NCBI RefSeq assembly: GCF_001194135.2
Contig: NC_068997.1
Coordinates: 1,009,399-1,058,319, forward strand
Reading direction: 5' to 3'
Source: Octopus bimaculoides
Lineage: Eukaryota
DNA: 48,921 bases
Position 1 is the first letter of the stretch. Each line of letters starts with the position of its first letter. A program made the translations under genes and the position numbers. A model generated the notes under the pieces. That model saw nothing but the letters and a program-made list of their open reading frames with translations. It did no database searches and was not told the origin of the DNA. Shown here one piece after another: positions 46,386-48,921 of this stretch.

Positions 46386-47544
46386 TATAGTTTGTTCTAT
46401 TCGAAAAACAGAAGAAACGTATCTCAATGGCAAGAAACTGTTAGTAGCTCTTATTATTATAATACAGTGTGCATTAAATGATATTTATTTCTCACTGGAC
46501 GGAGATCCTACCCTAACGGAACAGTAAACTGAATATGAATGTATATCCATACATATGAATATATATAATTATGCGTGTGTGTGTTTGACAGTGTTTTACA
46601 ATAAATAAGAATATAGAATAGCAAATAATTTATCAGAAGCTATACAAAAGTTCAACTTAATCATCATTTATAGTCTTGATATGGCCAAAGGTAAGATACA
46701 CACGCGCACACAGACATATCCACACACATACGCGACTTTGCTTGAGTTTAGTTCCTTTTATGTCATCTTAATCATTCATGGTTTGTTTGGATAAATATCG
46801 TTCTTAATCAATAAATCTATCAAGAGCTTCACGGCGTCATCGTCAGAATAAAATGATACGTTGCTCACACGCTTTGCACTATGTACAAGAGGATCATGGA
46901 AATACTGATAAAATCACCAACGTAGGATTTACAAATTATAGAAGATTTAAGCTCCTGTAAATTCCGTTATTTATTTTACATGTGCTGTATTTATGTGCTG
47001 ATTATGAGTTTGTATTTTGTTACTAGGAAATCATCACCAAAAATTTTTAAAAATAAAATTGTCCTATGATCTAATATAGTTATGATTATTATATCTATGA
47101 TCTAGCATGCCAATGACCAATCATACCAACCTACGATTTATTATATCTGTGATCTATCATACATACTTAAGCTATAGCGGATCATACTTATGATTTAATA
47201 TACCTATGCTATATCATATCTGCGGTCACAGATGTTCCAGTTGTACTTATCCACGTGTATCTAGGTGTGCATTATTTAGTATATCCTTCCATTATTTTTA
47301 AGGAGAACGGTTCTGATTTGAAGGAGATTTAGTTGCTATGTCAAGTAGATTAAACGACTATGTAAAGCAGTCATAGGCAAACTACGGCCCATAAGATTTG
47401 CTAGCATGCTGCAACGAAAAATTACCATGAATTTTTAAAAGTTGTATGGCCTGCCTGCTAATTATGGCTGATTTAGAGGCTTGTTAATTGAATCAAATGA
47501 ACAATTGAATCCGATAGTGATTTCGCCATCACAGATAATCGTTG

Positions 47545-47848
47545 CCCTGCGCGCGTGAGTCTATAAAATTACTGGAAGACGGCTGAACGGATTTCCACCA
47601 AGTTTGACAGAAATACTTATTGGGTGCGTGGCTGAAATTCCTATCTTCAAAACTGGCAGACGGTTGAATCAAAATATTCTTGTCTTTGTTACATATGCAT
47701 AAGCGATAAGCAGGGGAAATAACTCTTGATGTCATTGTACTGAAATATGAATTCGTCTGAGAATATATTTATTAAATTTAATTTTTATTATCCTTGTGTG
47801 CGCGCAGGGTAGGGCATGCATCGCCCCCCCCCACCCGATGCCTTTTTT
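47545..47848. mobile_element. Probable Helentron-associated (HINE/DINE-1-like) non-autonomous element
   Basis: 10-bp subterminal inverted repeats ccctgcgcgc (47545-47554) / gcgcgcaggg (47800-47809); core gacggctgaacggatttccaccaagtttg; hairpin gcatcg/cgatgc (47818-47841) followed by T6. Confidence 0.55.
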
Positions 47849-48921
47849 CCATTCGGTATTTTTTTCTAATGTGTTTCTGTCTCATTGTAGTGACTCAGTA
47901 AATGAAGCTTGTGCTCGACAACGTTGTGACATAAGCTTGTGTCTCATATCCTTGTGACAGTGTTTGGTAGATCTGGTATCAATTAGTCGTTGTGTAAACT
48001 CACAAAACAAGTTTATATATTCCCATAGAGATATAAACTTCCAAACGGTTTCCACCACTTATTGTAAGTAATTCGAATATTTTGGACAGTCATTAAATGT
48101 TTACCGTGTGTGCCAAGAATCACAGTAGAGCATAGTACAGTGTATTTATTTATGCATGTATAAAATACATACACATAAACCTTTGAGATAGATAACTCGG
48201 AAAAATTGTGATAACAAGCTTGTGATAAAGTATACTTGATGTATTCGATCACATGAGAACAAGAATAGCAACAACAAAAAATATCAAAACCAAACAAGCA
48301 AGCATAAAGAAATTAGCCAGACATTGTAGTGCGCGCACTACTGTGTGAACTGCTTTTGTCAATTCTTTCTCCTGATGAAGGAAGCCAGTTTTATGGTAAT
48401 AAATCTATGCGACAATTTACTGGTTGCATACCGATGACATTTTGCAATTTCCATCTGCAAATTATGAACATGACGATTATTACAAAATTCCGAGCTTCTA
48501 GACACAGCTGCTGAGTTAAAAAGCTACGCCATTTCTCCTTAGAATTCCGCATTTTTTATGCTCTTTGTAAGTTCATCTCTTTCTCCCCCTCTCCCTCTTT
48601 ATATATATATGCTTGAACATTATGTGTTTATCTTCTGAATATATTTTGTTATATGTATGTATGCATCTATATTTGTGTATCTATGTGTGCATATGTATGT
48701 TTATTTAGATATGTCAAGCCTAATCGTGTTTTTCTGCATCATTATCCCCATACAGCTCACTTGGCTGTCTCTTATAGCTAGTCTTTACCAAGTCCTCGAA
48801 AAATATTTCACAGTATAAGTTCAAATCATTTGAGCACTACTACGTTTTCTATACTGAGCGTCTCTAGCTCTCGCTTTTTGACTGTATATATGGATGTATA
48901 TATTGCAAAATCATGAATATA

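Overview
This is an AT-rich eukaryotic window, most likely from an octopus (coleoid cephalopod). That assignment is inferred from recognising its tRNA-derived SINE families and repeat tails from memory, not from a database search. It holds one convincing protein-coding gene: an intronless 818-aa TRIM-NHL-type protein (RING, long linker, non-canonical B-box, coiled coil, NHL-like repeats) at 7958-10414 (+). The rest is layered transposon debris and microsatellites: many SINE copies, two HERO-like (RLE-endonuclease) LINE fragments, RTE-like fragments, an ORF1-only LINE derivative, mariner, Tigger and hAT remnants, one Helitron with both ends intact, and a probable Helentron-associated element. 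The most interesting signal is a series of Penelope-like element (PLE) fossils. Several of them carry recognisable minimal hammerhead-ribozyme folds, best at 25879-25988 (+) and 40603-40647 (-). Candidate exons of a large host gene were examined; most are better explained as transposon fossils. There are two assembly gaps (19367-19376, 37310-37651). All family assignments come from manual translation and remembered consensus motifs, and TE boundaries are approximate.
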